Positions 37,801 to 39,471 of a stretch of DNA of 39,471 nucleotides are shown piece by piece. The notes below the pieces were generated by a model that worked only from the letters and a program-made list of their open reading frames with translations, ran no database searches and was not told the DNA's origin. The DNA is from Promethearchaeota archaeon (GTDB lineage: Archaea > Asgardarchaeota > Lokiarchaeia > Sigyniarchaeales > SOKP01), in contig SHMW01000033.1 in assembly GCA_008080735.1 (NCBI GenBank), positions 1 to 39,471 on the forward strand, in the 5' to 3' direction. Positions within the stretch are counted from its first letter, which is position 1, and the number at the start of each line of letters is the position of its first letter. The translations under genes and the position numbers were made by a program.

Positions 37801-38733
37801 TTAGCCGATTCCCAAGATCAATACTATAATCCACATTAAGATAAAACTGAATATATTCGTCAAGTTGACCATGGTAGAGGTTAATTTCTCATCATATCCA
37901 AACTCGACAGCAAACGGGATAGAACTCATTCCAATTGGTAAGATAAGCCCGACTAGGATAAGGGCATTATATTCGAATCCAAAAGGTAAGACAAACAATA
38001 ATGGAATTCCCACAAGTAAACCAAAGCCATATCGAGTTAATAAAACTTGAATCACATATTTCCAATGAGATTTATCAAACTGAAAGTCAATAAAGATACC
38101 TAATGTAAGTAACGTTAAAGCCATATTCGCTCGTGAAAGTATGTCTAACATATCGGTCAAGAAAAGTGGTAATATGATTCCAGATAAGTTTATTATAAGC
38201 GCGATGAATAAGGTAATTAACGGGACAGAACTAAAAACTCTTTTAATAAGTGCTTTCGCATTGAATTTCTCGTCGTGCGGTTTTATTTTCGGAGAATAGA
38301 GAGAGCCAAGCGTATAGCTTAGAATAAACACCACGAATGAATTTCCAAGGTCAAACATGATAATGTATTCCATACCAATCTCACCCCATATTCCCCTAAT
38401 TAATGGATATGCAAATAACCCTATATTAAACCCAACGGATACCATCATCATTAATCCGCGATATCTCATCGGATATCTTCGATATAAAATATAGGTAAAT
38501 GCAGATACCAGTAAACTAAAGCCGAACGCTAATAAGGGAAGTAAAACGAGTGCGGGATAAATTTCAATATTGCTAAATACCTCTAAAATCAATGCTGGTA
38601 AAGTAATATTTAACACCACTCTTGCGATGACTTTCCCGTCATCTTCATTCAAAATCCCCACCTTTTTGATTAGAAAACCAATAAGGATAACAGTTAAAGA
38701 AAGGAGAAATATATAATTTGCATTCATTCGCAA
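37801..38733 (-). CDS. AEC (auxin efflux carrier)-family transporter
   Basis: About 10 TM segments; NITLPAL, FNIGLFAYP, LTLLTLG motifs. Confidence 0.85.
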   Translation of the reverse strand: MRMNANYIFLLSLTVILIGFLIKKVGILNEDDGKVIARVVLNITLPALILEVFSNIEIYPALVLLPLLAFGFSLLVSAFTYILYRRYPMRYRGLMMMVSVGFNIGLFAYPLIRGIWGEIGMEYIIMFDLGNSFVVFILSYTLGSLYSPKIKPHDEKFNAKALIKRVFSSVPLITLFIALIINLSGIILPLFLTDMLDILSRANMALTLLTLGIFIDFQFDKSHWKYVIQVLLTRYGFGLLVGIPLLFVLPFGFEYNALILVGLILPIGMSSIPFAVEFGYDEKLTSTMVNLTNIFSFILMWIIVLILGIG

Positions 38734-38883
38734 TATCTCGTCTGGATTAGATATAATAATGTTAAATTTAAAATATGAAGGATATCTTCCATAAATTTAC
38801 TACTTTAGAAAAAAGTATCTAAAAAGATACAATATACATTGTAGTTTTAATTTTGAGATTAAAAAAAAGAGGAGAACGTAATT

Positions 38884-39144
38884 TTAACCTTTTAATCTAA
38901 GTTCTACCTCACTTAAATCAGTACCTTTTGTTTCCTTGACAAATTTAGGGATCAGAATTATATTAATCAATAGAGGTGCGCTTAAGATTATAAAGGAAAT
39001 CCCGAGGTCTTTAAAAACTATGGTAAATACGAAACCAAGGATAAAACCACCTGTTGTACCTAACGATGTTGCCAGAGATCTAATGCCAAGCCCCGTTCCA
39101 CGTTTATCTGTAGGCACCAATTCTTGAATGATAATTCTTATCAC
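38884..39144 (-). pseudogene. C-terminal remnant of an MFS transporter
   Basis: ELVPTDKRGTGLG..SL and VKETKG.DL match MFS TM10-12; an in-frame stop lies a few codons upstream and the N-terminal part is absent. Confidence 0.7.
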
Positions 39145-39309
39145 AACAAGAAGCCTTTTTAATTAGAATTTAAAAAATTTGATTTGAATTTTTAGCTTTA
39201 AGTAATGATGCAGAAAATAAATAAATAGGGTATTAATAATACAGAAAAGAAACATATTAATTTCCAATTTTCCTACTAAATCTTAAAAACTAGAATGAGA
39301 ATTTAACAT

Positions 39310-39429
39310 ATGAATACTTGGTACAAAATACAGCATCCAGAAGTATTCCAAGGGACATTGAATGAAAAAAATTATTTTGAAGGATGGTACTTTAAAATTT
39401 CAAAAAGAATTCAGTTTACAAGCGGTTAG
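39310..39429 (+). pseudogene. N-terminal remnant of a tocopherol-cyclase-like protein
   Basis: Hand translation MNTWYKIQHPEVFQGTLNEKNYFEGWYFKISKRIQFTSG*. P..FQG....YFEGWYFK is the characteristic start of this family; similarity stops after FK. Confidence 0.6.
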
Positions 39430-39471
39430 GTCTCGTTTTCTGAAAAGAGTTATAGGGTTTAATAATCTTTT

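Noticed and set aside
191-39127. Remaining short ORFs overlapping longer genes (e.g. 1294-1701, 18289-18666, 33778-34188, 35363-35851, 36753-37187)
   Set aside because: Antisense or alternative-frame shadows of well-supported genes, with no recognisable motifs.

Overview
AT-rich window that looks like an Asgard archaeon, most likely Lokiarchaeia/Promethearchaeia. This is inferred from gene content: a Rag/Arf-like small GTPase, a longin/uDENN-like domain, a TPR plus winged-helix protein, PAC2 and SmsCB. Most of the window is metabolic or housekeeping: PAC2, smsCB Fe-S scaffold, Prx-like redoxin, gatC, ADP-forming acyl-CoA synthetase alpha, dUTPase, dodecin, thiolase, purE, rpiA, OsmC, carboxylesterase, threonine aldolase and transporters. 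The standout is a signalling island at about 4.3-14.2 kb. It contains duplicated Lrp and ArsR regulators with a shared pseudo-palindromic site, then a Rag/Arf-hybrid small GTPase. Next comes a response regulator whose output domain resembles an NPRL2/FLCN/SMCR8-type longin domain with Arg at the GAP arginine-finger position (R239), and a convergent CheB-CheR-PAS-histidine kinase. I propose a candidate two-component-controlled GAP switch for a small GTPase (a proto-GATOR1/folliculin-like circuit); this is a by-eye inference that needs structure prediction and biochemistry. Also present: a duplicated 33-nt structured non-coding element, a MoxR-ATPase/zincin-VWA pair, a tandem pair of unknown paralogs, a micro-repeat at the rpiA start, and two gene remnants at the right edge. 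No rRNA, tRNA, CRISPR array or transposase was recognised.
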